Positions 43,758 to 52,888 of a stretch of 64,000 nucleotides of DNA are shown piece after piece. A model generated the notes under the pieces. That model made no database searches. It saw only the letters and a list, made by a program, of their open reading frames with translations, and was not told the origin of the DNA. The first letter of the stretch is position 1. Each line of letters starts with the position of its first letter. A program made the position numbers and the translations under genes. Source of the DNA: an uncultured Collinsella sp. (lineage in GTDB: Bacteria; Actinomycetota; Coriobacteriia; Coriobacteriales; Coriobacteriaceae); assembly GCA_958407995.1 (NCBI GenBank), contig CATYJU010000007.1:1005-65004 (forward strand). The letters are read 5' to 3'.

Positions 43758-45506
43758 CTACATACGCCCCAATTCGCCCACGATATGACCCACGCGGTCC
43801 TCGGGCTCCTTGACCTCGACACCGTTGTAGCGGAAGAACCGCGCCGGGTCGTGCATCAGGTCCTCGAGCGGCACCAGCACAAAGTCGCGCTCGCCAATGA
43901 GAGGATGCGGCAGGCGCAGCTTTTTGCCGCCGTGGGTCTCGCCATCCATCCACAGCAGGTCCAGGTCGATGGTGCGCGGGCCGTTGGCCTTGGCCTTTTT
44001 GGAGCGGTCGCGCCCCAGCTCAGCCTCGATCTTCATAAGCTCGTCGAGCAGCACCAACGGCGCCAGCTCGGTCTTGATCTCGATGACGGCGTTGGCAAAC
44101 GCGTCCTGGCGCGTCTCGTAGGCAGGCTCGCTCTCGTAGATCTTGGAGGAGTTGGACACGCAGGTGAGTGGAATCTCGGCGATCATCTCGCGTGCAGCGC
44201 GGATGTTGTCGCAGCGATGCCCCAGGTTGGAGCCCACAGCCACAAACGCGCGGCGCGGCTGCGGCTTGGCAACCGCCCAGTAACCGTTCAGGAACTGCGC
44301 AAAACCCGCGGCGTCGTGCACGCGCACGATGTTGGCACCGGCCTGGATGGCGCCCAGGCACACGCCAAACGTGGCGGCATCGCGCTCGGCAGCCTCGGTC
44401 ACGCCCGAGACGGCGCCCACAAAGCGCTTGCGCGACACGGCGCACATGAGCGGATAGCCCATCGACGCCATCTTGGCAGTCTCGCGCTGGATGACGATGT
44501 CTTCGTTAGCCGACTTACCAAAGCCCGGGCCAGGATCGATGCAGATGCGGTCGCGCGACACGCCGGCATGGATGAGCGTGCGGGCCTGGTCGGACAGAAA
44601 GCCCATGACGCGGCGCATGATGGGCGCCGAATCGGGCAGGGTGAAGCGGCGGAGCTGCGAGGTGGGCACGTAGGCTTCCTCGCGGCGGGCGCTGCGGCGC
44701 ATCATGGCGGCCAGTCGGTCATTGGACTCCGATGCGGCCTCGGTGGCCTCGGGCGCGGCCTCGGGCGCGGGCGCGACGGTCTCGGCGGCAGCAGCCTGCT
44801 CGGCGGCCGGCGTCTCCTGCTCGCTTGAAGGCTCGGACGTGGGCTCCGGTTCGCCAAACGGCAACGAGGGCTGCACCACGCCGCCCGGAAGCTTGGCCTC
44901 CGGCTTAGGCTCGCCCAGCAACTTGCCGCGACGGCGGCGAGCCGGCTTCTCGGCCTCACGCGCGGCCTCGGCAGCCGCCTCGCGCGCCTTCTCGGCAACA
45001 AACGCCGCTGCCGAGGTATCGAGCTGCACCGTTGCGTGCGTGCGTGCGGGCGCGGCGACCTCGCCGGCATGCATCACGATGACGCCGCAGGTACTCGTCT
45101 TAACAAACTCGACCATCTTGGGATCGGTGAAGCCCGTCACGTCGTTGACGATTGAGGCGCCGCAGCGCACGGCCGCCTTGGCAACCGCCACATGACGCGT
45201 GTCGATCGAGACGATGGCGCCCTCCTTGGCCAGCGCGCGCACCACGGGCAGCACGCGGCGAGCCTCCTCGTCGGGGTTGACCGGGGTAAAGCCGGGGCGC
45301 GTGGACTCGCCGCCCACGTCGATGATGTCGGCGCCGGCGTCGAGCATCGCCAGGCCGTACTCGATGGCGGCATCGGGGTCGAAGTGCTCCCCGCCATCGC
45401 TAAACGAATCGGGCGTCACGTTGAGGACGCCCATGATGCGCGGACGGTCAAAGCTGAGCTCGTACTTTCCGCACCGCCATGTCTTGCTGTCGTTCGCCAT
45501 GAACAT
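43758..45506 (-). CDS. Fusion of dihydropteroate synthase (FolP) and 6-hydroxymethyl-7,8-dihydropterin pyrophosphokinase (FolK). FolP is interrupted by a ~140-aa low-complexity insert.
   Basis: The FolP motifs are IMGVLNVTPDSFSDGG, DVGGESTRPG and ICIDPGPGFGK. The FolK part reads AFVAVGSNLG...YESEPAY...RTIDLDLL...LPHPLIGERDFVLVPL. Confidence 0.85.
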   Translation of the reverse strand: MFMANDSKTWRCGKYELSFDRPRIMGVLNVTPDSFSDGGEHFDPDAAIEYGLAMLDAGADIIDVGGESTRPGFTPVNPDEEARRVLPVVRALAKEGAIVSIDTRHVAVAKAAVRCGASIVNDVTGFTDPKMVEFVKTSTCGVIVMHAGEVAAPARTHATVQLDTSAAAFVAEKAREAAAEAAREAEKPARRRRGKLLGEPKPEAKLPGGVVQPSLPFGEPEPTSEPSSEQETPAAEQAAAAETVAPAPEAAPEATEAASESNDRLAAMMRRSARREEAYVPTSQLRRFTLPDSAPIMRRVMGFLSDQARTLIHAGVSRDRICIDPGPGFGKSANEDIVIQRETAKMASMGYPLMCAVSRKRFVGAVSGVTEAAERDAATFGVCLGAIQAGANIVRVHDAAGFAQFLNGYWAVAKPQPRRAFVAVGSNLGHRCDNIRAAREMIAEIPLTCVSNSSKIYESEPAYETRQDAFANAVIEIKTELAPLVLLDELMKIEAELGRDRSKKAKANGPRTIDLDLLWMDGETHGGKKLRLPHPLIGERDFVLVPLEDLMHDPARFFRYNGVEVKEPEDRVGHIVGELGRM

Positions 45507-45595
45507 CCTCCTAAAATGCCCACGCCGCCGAGCTTAGAGAGCTGGCGGCGGGGTCGCTTTGCACTCAGTCTTTCTATTGTATCCGCGCACACGGG

Positions 45596-46348
45596 CTAGA
45601 ACGCAAACGCGGCCGCGATGTCGCAAGAAATCAGCAGGTCGGCATTTGCATCCTGATCGGTGGGAGCAAGGTTGCATATGGCCAGCGTATCGCCGGTAAA
45701 GTAACGCGTAAGGCCTGCCGCCGGATACACCACGAGCGAGGTCCCACCCACAATGAGGGCATCGGCCGCGGCGATGGCGGCAACGGCACCGGTCAGCACA
45801 TGCTCATCGAGCGGCTCCTCGTAGAGCACCACATCGGGCTTAATGCGCCCGCCGCACGCGGGGCACGCGGGCACGCCCGCGGCATCCTCGTGCTCGCGCG
45901 AGCAAATCCACTCGGCGCTATAGACCGCGCCGCACGACTGGCAAATGTTGCGATGGACCGACCCGTGCAGCTCAAACACGCGCTGCGAGCCCGCCATCTG
46001 ATGCAAGCCGTCGATGTTTTGCGTCACCACGGCATCGAGCTTGCCGACTCGCTCCAGCTCGGCCAGCTTGGTGTGGCGGCGGTTGGGCTTGGCGCCAAGC
46101 GCAATCATCTTGGTGCGGTAGAAGTCGAAGAACTCGGCCGGATGCGCCTCGTAAAAGCTATGCGAGAGCATAGTCTCGGGCGGGTAGGCAAACTGCTGGT
46201 GATACAGGCCGTCCACGCTGCGGAAATCGGGGATGCCACTTGCCGTGGAAACACCCGCGCCGCCAAGGAAGACCACGCGCTTGTGGGTGTCAAACAGATC
46301 CGCCAGCGCGGCGGAGGCCTGCCTGGGGTCCGATATTGCCTGCGTCAT
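45596..46348 (-). CDS. cobB: NAD-dependent protein deacylase (Sir2/CobB family).
   Basis: The start is at MTQAISD (GGAGG upstream). The motifs GAGVSTASGIPDFRS, QNIDGLH and HGS are present. The Zn-ribbon Cys pairs are CQSCG and CPACGG. Confidence 0.9.
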   Translation of the reverse strand: MTQAISDPRQASAALADLFDTHKRVVFLGGAGVSTASGIPDFRSVDGLYHQQFAYPPETMLSHSFYEAHPAEFFDFYRTKMIALGAKPNRRHTKLAELERVGKLDAVVTQNIDGLHQMAGSQRVFELHGSVHRNICQSCGAVYSAEWICSREHEDAAGVPACPACGGRIKPDVVLYEEPLDEHVLTGAVAAIAAADALIVGGTSLVVYPAAGLTRYFTGDTLAICNLAPTDQDANADLLISCDIAAAFAF

Positions 46349-46484
46349 ATGAGTCCTCCGTCCTTGGTTAGCCGGGCAGCGTTGAGCGACGTCCCAGCAT
46401 GCGGCCTTTAAGTCAGCATGCGCGGATCCCACCCCGCCCCTGTTGCGCTAATCTTAAGCCTGCCAACCCCGTCGAAAGGACACC

Positions 46485-47303
46485 ATGCCTCAGACTTACA
46501 CTTTCGCCTCGTGGAACGTCAACGGCCTGCGCGCCGTGCTCAAAAAGGACCCGAGCTTTATCCAGATCGCGCAAGAACTCGACGTCGATATCCTGGCGCT
46601 GCAAGAGACCAAGCTGCAAGAAGGCCAGGTCGATATTGACCTGCCCGGCTATCGCCAAACCTGGAGCTACGCCGAGCGTAAAGGCTATTCGGGCACTGCG
46701 GTCTTTAGCCGCCAGGAACCGCTGCGCGTGCTGCACGCCGACGCGCTGTTACCCTACGCCGGCGAGGGCGAGGCCGCCGAGCTCGTTGCCCAAGCCGCAA
46801 CCGAGGGCCGCGTCTGTGCGCTCGAGTTCGACAAGTTTTGGTTTGTGGATGTCTACACGCCCAACGCGCAAAACGAACTCGCGCGCATCGATGTGCGCAT
46901 GGCCTGGGACGATGCCTACCGCGGCTTTTTGAGCGCGCTTGAGCACGAGACCAACAAACCCGTCGTAACCTGCGGCGACTTTAACGTGGCGCACGAGGAA
47001 ATCGACCTTAAGAACCCCAAGTCCAACCGCGGCAACGCCGGCTTTTCGGACGAGGAGCGCGGCAAGTTTACCGAGCTGCTCAACGCCGGCTTTACCGATA
47101 CCTGGCGCGCGGCAAACCCCGACGTCGAGGGCGTCTACAGCTGGTGGAGCTACCGCTTTAATGCTCGCAAGAACAACGCCGGCTGGCGCATCGATTATTT
47201 CCTGGTGAGCGACGCAATCGCCGACAACGTACGCGACACCGGTATCCGTGGCGATATCTTCGGCAGCGACCACTGCCCCGTCACCCTCACGCTAGAACTC
47301 TAG
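46485..47303 (+). CDS. xth: Exodeoxyribonuclease III (AP endonuclease).
   Basis: The motifs are SWNVNGLRA, LALQETK, CGDFNVAH, YSWWSYR and SDHCPV. Confidence 0.9.
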   Translation: MPQTYTFASWNVNGLRAVLKKDPSFIQIAQELDVDILALQETKLQEGQVDIDLPGYRQTWSYAERKGYSGTAVFSRQEPLRVLHADALLPYAGEGEAAELVAQAATEGRVCALEFDKFWFVDVYTPNAQNELARIDVRMAWDDAYRGFLSALEHETNKPVVTCGDFNVAHEEIDLKNPKSNRGNAGFSDEERGKFTELLNAGFTDTWRAANPDVEGVYSWWSYRFNARKNNAGWRIDYFLVSDAIADNVRDTGIRGDIFGSDHCPVTLTLEL

Positions 47304-47375
47304 CCCCAATTGATCCCCTGGGGACGGAGGAAAAGGGATCATTTTCACCTCGCGAGGGAACCCACGCGGCCCTCC

Positions 47376-47536
47376 CGCCACGGAACTGACCCATCTACTA
47401 CGTTTAAGCCACTACCCTCAACCACAGCGAACAACGCAAAAAGAAAACCGCAGGTAGAAAGCCTGCGGTTTTTCATAAAACGCGGTCATGGTCGGGGGTA
47501 TCAAGCTAAACGTAGTAGATGGGCCAGTTTCGTGGC
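47376..47536. repeat. Family C MITE-like palindrome, in inverted orientation relative to the 20547 copy.
   Basis: The arms are GACCCATCTACTACGTTT (47388-47405) and AAACGTAGTAGATGGGCC (47508-47525). The central hairpin is AAAACCGCAGGTAGAAAGCCTGCGGTTTTT. Confidence 0.8.
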
Positions 47537-47638
47537 AAGCGCCGCCAACTGATTCCCCGGGAACGTCTGGAGACGGAGGAAAACGGATCGATTTGGCTCT
47601 CTGAGGGCCACGATGCCCGTCATATCAGCCGGCCATTC

Positions 47639-47792
47639 CAAAACTATGCCGGTTTACGGGGCTGAATCGCGAACCCCCAACCATACGCAATTCCGAAATA
47701 ATAAAACCTCAGGTAAACGGCTTGCTCTATTTTGAAAAAAGCCGGTATGGTCGGCCTACGCTAATCTAGCCCCGTAAACCGGCATAGTTTTG
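47639..47792. repeat. Family B MITE-like palindrome.
   Basis: The terminal IRs are CAAAACTATGCCGGTTTACGGGGCT and AGCCCCGTAAACCGGCATAGTTTTG. Confidence 0.8.
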
Positions 47793-47838
47793 AAATGGTA
47801 CTTCGGAAGTATTGATTCACGCCCCGGCGCAACCAGCC

Positions 47839-48552
47839 CTACAGCCCGTATTTCACGACAACGCGGTTGATCCGTCGACACCAAGGCTTGTAGAGGGCGG
47901 CCAAGAACACGCAGGTCGCGAGGCCGTGTGTGATATCGAACGGCACTGCCGTGGCAAGACGCGCCACGACGCCCGCCCACGTGAGCGGTTGTACAAAACC
48001 GATAATGTCGTACGCGTTGATCACCACGCCGTACAGCAGACCCGAAGCAAAGCCGTACGCCATCAGCGCCGGCATGCGCACGGTTCCATCCGCACGGTCG
48101 AACGCACCGGCATGCGCCAGCGCACCGCCAACATAGCCAACCAGGCCCCAGGCATACATCTGCCATGGCGTCCACATGCCCTGCCCAAAAAAGAAATTGC
48201 TGGTCAGTGCTGCCAACGCGCCGACCATGAAGCCGTTGCGACGCCCGAGCGTCGCCCCGGCGATGATGGCGATGGCGCTCACGGGTTTAAAGTCGGGAAT
48301 GGGGCCGAACAAGATGCGGCCCGCCGCCGCCAGCGCCGCCAGCACCAGCGTGGGCATAATCTGGCGCAGGCCCGGTCGCGACGCCTCGTAGCCTGCAAAG
48401 AACAGCGCAAGCACCAGCGCCACCACGACAAGCATGGCGAGCGCCGCCTGCTCAACGCCCGCCAGCAACGCCGTTGCCATCACCGCCGGCACCGCCAACA
48501 ACAGCGGAATCTCCAGTTTTGTGAGTAAACGCGAGAAACGACAGTCCGTCAT
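47839..48552 (-). CDS. Polytopic membrane protein, probably the ECF-transporter substrate-capture (S) component; substrate unknown.
   Basis: ~237 aa with ~6 TM segments. The start is taken at MTDCRF, 4 nt after the ATPase stop. The assignment is based on position in the ecfT-ecfA operon. Confidence 0.55.
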   Translation of the reverse strand: MTDCRFSRLLTKLEIPLLLAVPAVMATALLAGVEQAALAMLVVVALVLALFFAGYEASRPGLRQIMPTLVLAALAAAGRILFGPIPDFKPVSAIAIIAGATLGRRNGFMVGALAALTSNFFFGQGMWTPWQMYAWGLVGYVGGALAHAGAFDRADGTVRMPALMAYGFASGLLYGVVINAYDIIGFVQPLTWAGVVARLATAVPFDITHGLATCVFLAALYKPWCRRINRVVVKYGL

Positions 48553-48556
48553 CCCA

Positions 48557-50200
48557 TCACGCCCTATAGAACACGTTGTCGGCAAAGAAGTCGGCCGGGG
48601 GCTCCACGCAGGCAATCTCGCCGTCAAACATCATGGCGACGTCGTCGGCTACCTGCTCGGCAAAGTCCAAATCGTGCGTAGCCATGATGACGGTGCCGCC
48701 AGCCTTCGCATGGTCACGCAGGGCACGGGCGATGATGCGGCGGCTGGCCAGGTCCAAACCCTTGGTGGGCTCATCGAGCAATAGCAGCTCGGGGCCAATC
48801 AACAGCAGCTTTGCCAACGCAAGCAGCTGGCACTGACCGCCCGAAAGATCGTACGGGTGACGCGCCTCCAAGCCCGCCAGACCCAGGCGCGCTGTCTGCT
48901 CCCGTGCTGCGGCCTCGTCGTATCCGCAGGTCGAGGCCCATTCCATCAGCTCATCGCGAACCGTCTCGGCAACCAGCAATGCCTTGGGATTCTGTGGCAG
49001 CAGCGCCGCCGAGGCCGCTTCGCGCACCATGCGGCCGCGCTGCAGCTTGGCGGTCTTCGCCAGCACCGAGAGCATCGTCGACTTACCGCATCCGTTGCCG
49101 CCCACGATTGCATGCACCGCGCCAGCCGAAAACGAAGCATCGAGCCCGCGCAGCACCCAGCCGGACGCTCGATCGTAGCGAAACCAGCCTTCCGACAGGA
49201 TGGTAGCCGACCCGCCGTGCATTTTTTGGAGTATTCTGCTTCCATCCGTGCGCGGGAAGGCTTCCGAGCCGTTCTCGAGCGACGTTTGCGCCACAAATTC
49301 GGACGATTTGTCCAATTCTGAACTTTTTTTCGCGCTCGATACGTCCCCGGGCGGCCCCAGAGAGCCCAAATTGTCCTCGCGCCTGCTGAATACTCCTTTA
49401 TTTGCACATCGGATGGCACCCCACCCCAACATGTCATCGGAAAACAGCGATTCTCGGCGTCCCAAAGAAGCCATATCCGCCACCTCGCGCACGCGACCGT
49501 TCTCAATCCGGTACGCACACGTCGCGTATTCGAGCATTGGGCGCGGCTGATGCGTAGCCACAACAACCGTGCAGCCCAGCTCACGGTTCACGCGAAACAG
49601 CGCGTGCAGAAAATTCTTCTCGGCAACGGGATCGAGCTGAGACGTGGGCTCGTCGAGTAGCAGCACACGCGGACGCAGCGCCAGGACGGCGGCAAGCGAC
49701 AGCAGCTGCTTGCGGCCACCCGAAAGCGTGTCGGTATCGCGATGAAGCCAGTCCTCCAGACCAAAGAAATAGCTGGTCTCGGCAACACGGCGGCGCATCT
49801 CGTCGCGCGACACGCCCAGATTCTCTAGGCCAAACGCCATCTCGTGCCACACGGTCTCGCACACAATCTGGTTCTCGGGATCCTGGAACACATAGCCCAC
49901 GCGCTCCGCCGATGCCCGCGCGTCCATGTCGGCAACGTTCTCGCCCAGCACGCGCAGTTCGCCAGTGCGCTCGCCCGCCGGCGCGATCTCGGGCTTGAGC
50001 AGCGACAGCAGCGTCGACTTACCCGATCCGGTACCGCCAACAAGCAACGCAAATGCACCTTGGGGAACAGACCAGTCGAGCCCCTCGAGCACCGCAGCAT
50101 CAGCATCGGGGTAGGCAAAGCTCAGGCTCCGCACCTCAATCGCCGGCATATCCGGGCCGCACGCCGCGCCCGACACCGGGCCCCTATCCAACCGAGCCAT
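48557..50200 (-). CDS. ECF/cobalt-type transporter ATPase with two fused ABC domains (EcfA1-EcfA2-like).
   Basis: There are two Walker A motifs (GGTGSGKST, GGNGCGKST), two signature motifs (LSGGRKQ, LSGGQCQ) and two Walker B motifs (LLLDEPT twice). A ~90-aa linker joins the domains. Confidence 0.85.
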   Translation of the reverse strand: MARLDRGPVSGAACGPDMPAIEVRSLSFAYPDADAAVLEGLDWSVPQGAFALLVGGTGSGKSTLLSLLKPEIAPAGERTGELRVLGENVADMDARASAERVGYVFQDPENQIVCETVWHEMAFGLENLGVSRDEMRRRVAETSYFFGLEDWLHRDTDTLSGGRKQLLSLAAVLALRPRVLLLDEPTSQLDPVAEKNFLHALFRVNRELGCTVVVATHQPRPMLEYATCAYRIENGRVREVADMASLGRRESLFSDDMLGWGAIRCANKGVFSRREDNLGSLGPPGDVSSAKKSSELDKSSEFVAQTSLENGSEAFPRTDGSRILQKMHGGSATILSEGWFRYDRASGWVLRGLDASFSAGAVHAIVGGNGCGKSTMLSVLAKTAKLQRGRMVREAASAALLPQNPKALLVAETVRDELMEWASTCGYDEAAAREQTARLGLAGLEARHPYDLSGGQCQLLALAKLLLIGPELLLLDEPTKGLDLASRRIIARALRDHAKAGGTVIMATHDLDFAEQVADDVAMMFDGEIACVEPPADFFADNVFYRA

Positions 50201-51111
50201 CAGCCAAACCTCTTCTCATCAATCGCGTGCAACGCGCAAGGCAGCACCATCCAGGCAGCGTACACGACATAGCCCAGCCACGGCGCCGGCACCGAGAGCT
50301 GCGGATAAAACGAATACTGCGTCGTCGCGGTCCACGCCACTGCCGCCGTGGCCACGCCAAACAGCGCAAGCCCAACCAGCGCGGCAACGTCGCTGAGTCC
50401 CAGTCGATACCGCGCATACGTCGTACGACGCGTCGCGGCACCCCACCCGCGTGAGCGCATCGCGTCCGCGCGATCCAGCGAATCTTCCATGCCCCAGCCC
50501 ATCAACACGCTTGACGCCCGCAGACGCGAGCGCACGGGATCGGCCGGCGCGCGCCCCGGCACGTCAATCGCATCCTGCACCGCCAGCACCGTACGACCGC
50601 GGCGCAAAAACTGCGGGATAAGCCTCATGCACATCGAGATCATGAGCGCGATCACCGGTGCGGCATTACCCAGCAGCGCGAGCACCTTGTCGTATTCGAG
50701 CATCGACGCCGCGGCCTCAAACCACAGCACGCTCGCCACAAACAGCCCACCCATGCACAGGCCATATACCATGCTCTCCAGATACACCGCGCGCATGCCA
50801 ATGCGGAACAGCTCCGTCGAGCCCGAGGTGCCAAACAGTGGATTGACCAGCGCGATAATCAAAATCACCGGCAGCTGCCAGCGAAGCGCGCCCAGCGTGC
50901 GGGCAGCCCCACGCGTCGCAAATCCATACGCCAGCCCGCCCGCAAGTGACAGCGCGATCAGCACCGGCTGCATAGAGAACATGGTGAGCCCCAACGTCAG
51001 CACCATGTAGAGCGCCGGCACCGCCGGATGCGACATCGAAAATGCCGCGACGGGTTCGTTGCCCGATTCCTCTCGCATGGTGTCCACGGGCATCCCCATC
51101 CCCTCGCTCAA
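50200..51111 (-). CDS. ECF transporter transmembrane (T) component (CbiQ/EcfT family).
   Basis: A ~300-aa polytopic protein immediately upstream of, and overlapping, the ATPase gene. The exact start is uncertain. Confidence 0.75.
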   Translation of the reverse strand: MSEGMGMPVDTMREESGNEPVAAFSMSHPAVPALYMVLTLGLTMFSMQPVLIALSLAGGLAYGFATRGAARTLGALRWQLPVILIIALVNPLFGTSGSTELFRIGMRAVYLESMVYGLCMGGLFVASVLWFEAAASMLEYDKVLALLGNAAPVIALMISMCMRLIPQFLRRGRTVLAVQDAIDVPGRAPADPVRSRLRASSVLMGWGMEDSLDRADAMRSRGWGAATRRTTYARYRLGLSDVAALVGLALFGVATAAVAWTATTQYSFYPQLSVPAPWLGYVVYAAWMVLPCALHAIDEKRFG

Positions 51112-51283
51112 ACGTCAACGCCGCAGCGTCGCCACCATACACAACCAGCGCAAACGCCGTACCGCCGGCCCAAGCCTCAGCTGCCGCGCATCAATCGTTA
51201 CGCGCTCATCATATGCCTGCGGTATCATATTGCGCCGTGTATCGTTTCCAAACACACGTCTCTATAACGTAACAGGAGATCAC

Positions 51284-52696
51284 ATGGACGCAACCGCAAT
51301 TATCCTCGCTGCCGGCGAGGGCACCCGCATGAAGTCGAACCACTGCAAGGTTTCGCACAAGATCCTGGGCAAGCCCATGGTCCAGTGGATCGTCGACGCT
51401 ACCATCAAGGCCGGCTGCAGCCGCGTCGTGGTCGTCATCGGCAGCCACGCCGACGAGATGCGCGCCCTGATCGACGGCGCCTACGCCAGCAGCGCCACCA
51501 AGGTCGAGTGCGTCGAGCAGACCGAGCGCCTTGGCACCGGTCACGCCGCGAAGGTCGCACTCGAGGCCTGCGGCATCACCGAGGGCCCGGTCGTCGTGCT
51601 CAACGGCGACTTGCCGCTCATCACCGCCGACACCGTCGCCAAGTTCGCGCAGACCGTCGCCACCGGCGAGCTCGCCTGCACCGTCATGACCATGACCCCG
51701 CCCGATCCTTTTGGCTACGGCCGCATCAAGCTGGGCGCCGATGGTCAGATCGAGCGCATCATCGAGCAGAAGGACTGCACGCCCGAGCAGGCCGCCACGC
51801 TGCTGGAGTGCAACGCCGGCTGCTACGCCTTCGACGGCGCGCAGCTTGCCGCCCACATTAACGAGATCGGCAACGACAACGCGCAGTCCGAGTACTACCT
51901 GCCCGACATGCTCGAAATCCTCAAGGGTCACGGCCAGGCAGTCTCCATCTTCCACTGCGACGACTACCGCGACGGCCTGGGCGTCAACAGCCGCATCCAG
52001 CTCGCGCAGCTCACCGCCATCGCGCGCGACCGCATCAACGAGCACTGGATGGCAGAAGGCGTCACGTTCATCGACCCCACGCAGGCCTGGATCGGTCCCG
52101 ACGCCACCATCGGCCGCGACACCGTCGTGTGGCCGCAGACGCATCTGATCGGTCACGTCACCGTGGGCGAGGAGTGCCAGCTCGGCCCCAACAGCCGCCT
52201 CACCGACACCACCGTCGGCAGCGGCTGCATCATCGATGAGACCATCGCCATCGAGGCCGTCATCGAGAACGGCGTCGACTGCGGCCCGCGCGCCTACCTG
52301 CGCCCGGGCACCCACATGCTCGACGGCTCCAAGGCCGGTACGCACGTGGAAATCAAGAAGTCCACGATCGGCGAGGGTTCCAAGGTGCCCCACCTGTCCT
52401 ACATCGGCGACACCACCATGGGCTCCGGCGTCAACGTAGGCGCGGGCTCTATCACCTGCAACTACGACGGCGTCCACAAGCACAAGACCGTCATCGGCAA
52501 GGATGCCTTCATCGGTTCTGACACCATGATGGTCGCGCCCGCCCAGATTGGCGACGGTGCGCTCGTGGCCGCCGGCTCCGTCATCACCGAGCCGGTCCCG
52601 GCCGACGCACTCGGTCTGGGCCGCGCCCGTCAGGTAAATATTGAGGGCTGGGCCGCCGATTATCGCCGTCGTCTGCACGAGGACGACGAGGCATAA
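51284..52696 (+). CDS. glmU: Bifunctional UDP-N-acetylglucosamine pyrophosphorylase / glucosamine-1-phosphate N-acetyltransferase.
   Basis: The start is at MDATAIILAAGEGTRMKS (AGGAG at 51274-51278). The C-terminus has left-handed beta-helix hexapeptide repeats. Confidence 0.95.
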   Translation: MDATAIILAAGEGTRMKSNHCKVSHKILGKPMVQWIVDATIKAGCSRVVVVIGSHADEMRALIDGAYASSATKVECVEQTERLGTGHAAKVALEACGITEGPVVVLNGDLPLITADTVAKFAQTVATGELACTVMTMTPPDPFGYGRIKLGADGQIERIIEQKDCTPEQAATLLECNAGCYAFDGAQLAAHINEIGNDNAQSEYYLPDMLEILKGHGQAVSIFHCDDYRDGLGVNSRIQLAQLTAIARDRINEHWMAEGVTFIDPTQAWIGPDATIGRDTVVWPQTHLIGHVTVGEECQLGPNSRLTDTTVGSGCIIDETIAIEAVIENGVDCGPRAYLRPGTHMLDGSKAGTHVEIKKSTIGEGSKVPHLSYIGDTTMGSGVNVGAGSITCNYDGVHKHKTVIGKDAFIGSDTMMVAPAQIGDGALVAAGSVITEPVPADALGLGRARQVNIEGWAADYRRRLHEDDEA

Positions 52697-52888
52697 CGTT
52701 TCACCAAGCACAAAAGGAGCTGTTCCATGGGGACGGCTCCTTTTTCTATCGTGACCTGCGCGACCGGATGAGTGGTCGGTTCGTGTCCGTTGACGGTAAA
52801 GACGTTATCAAGACCCGATTAACCCCGCCGCACGGTTACAATGCAAAAAGGCATCTATATGGCATTCGATGTATAAAGGAGAAGGGTA

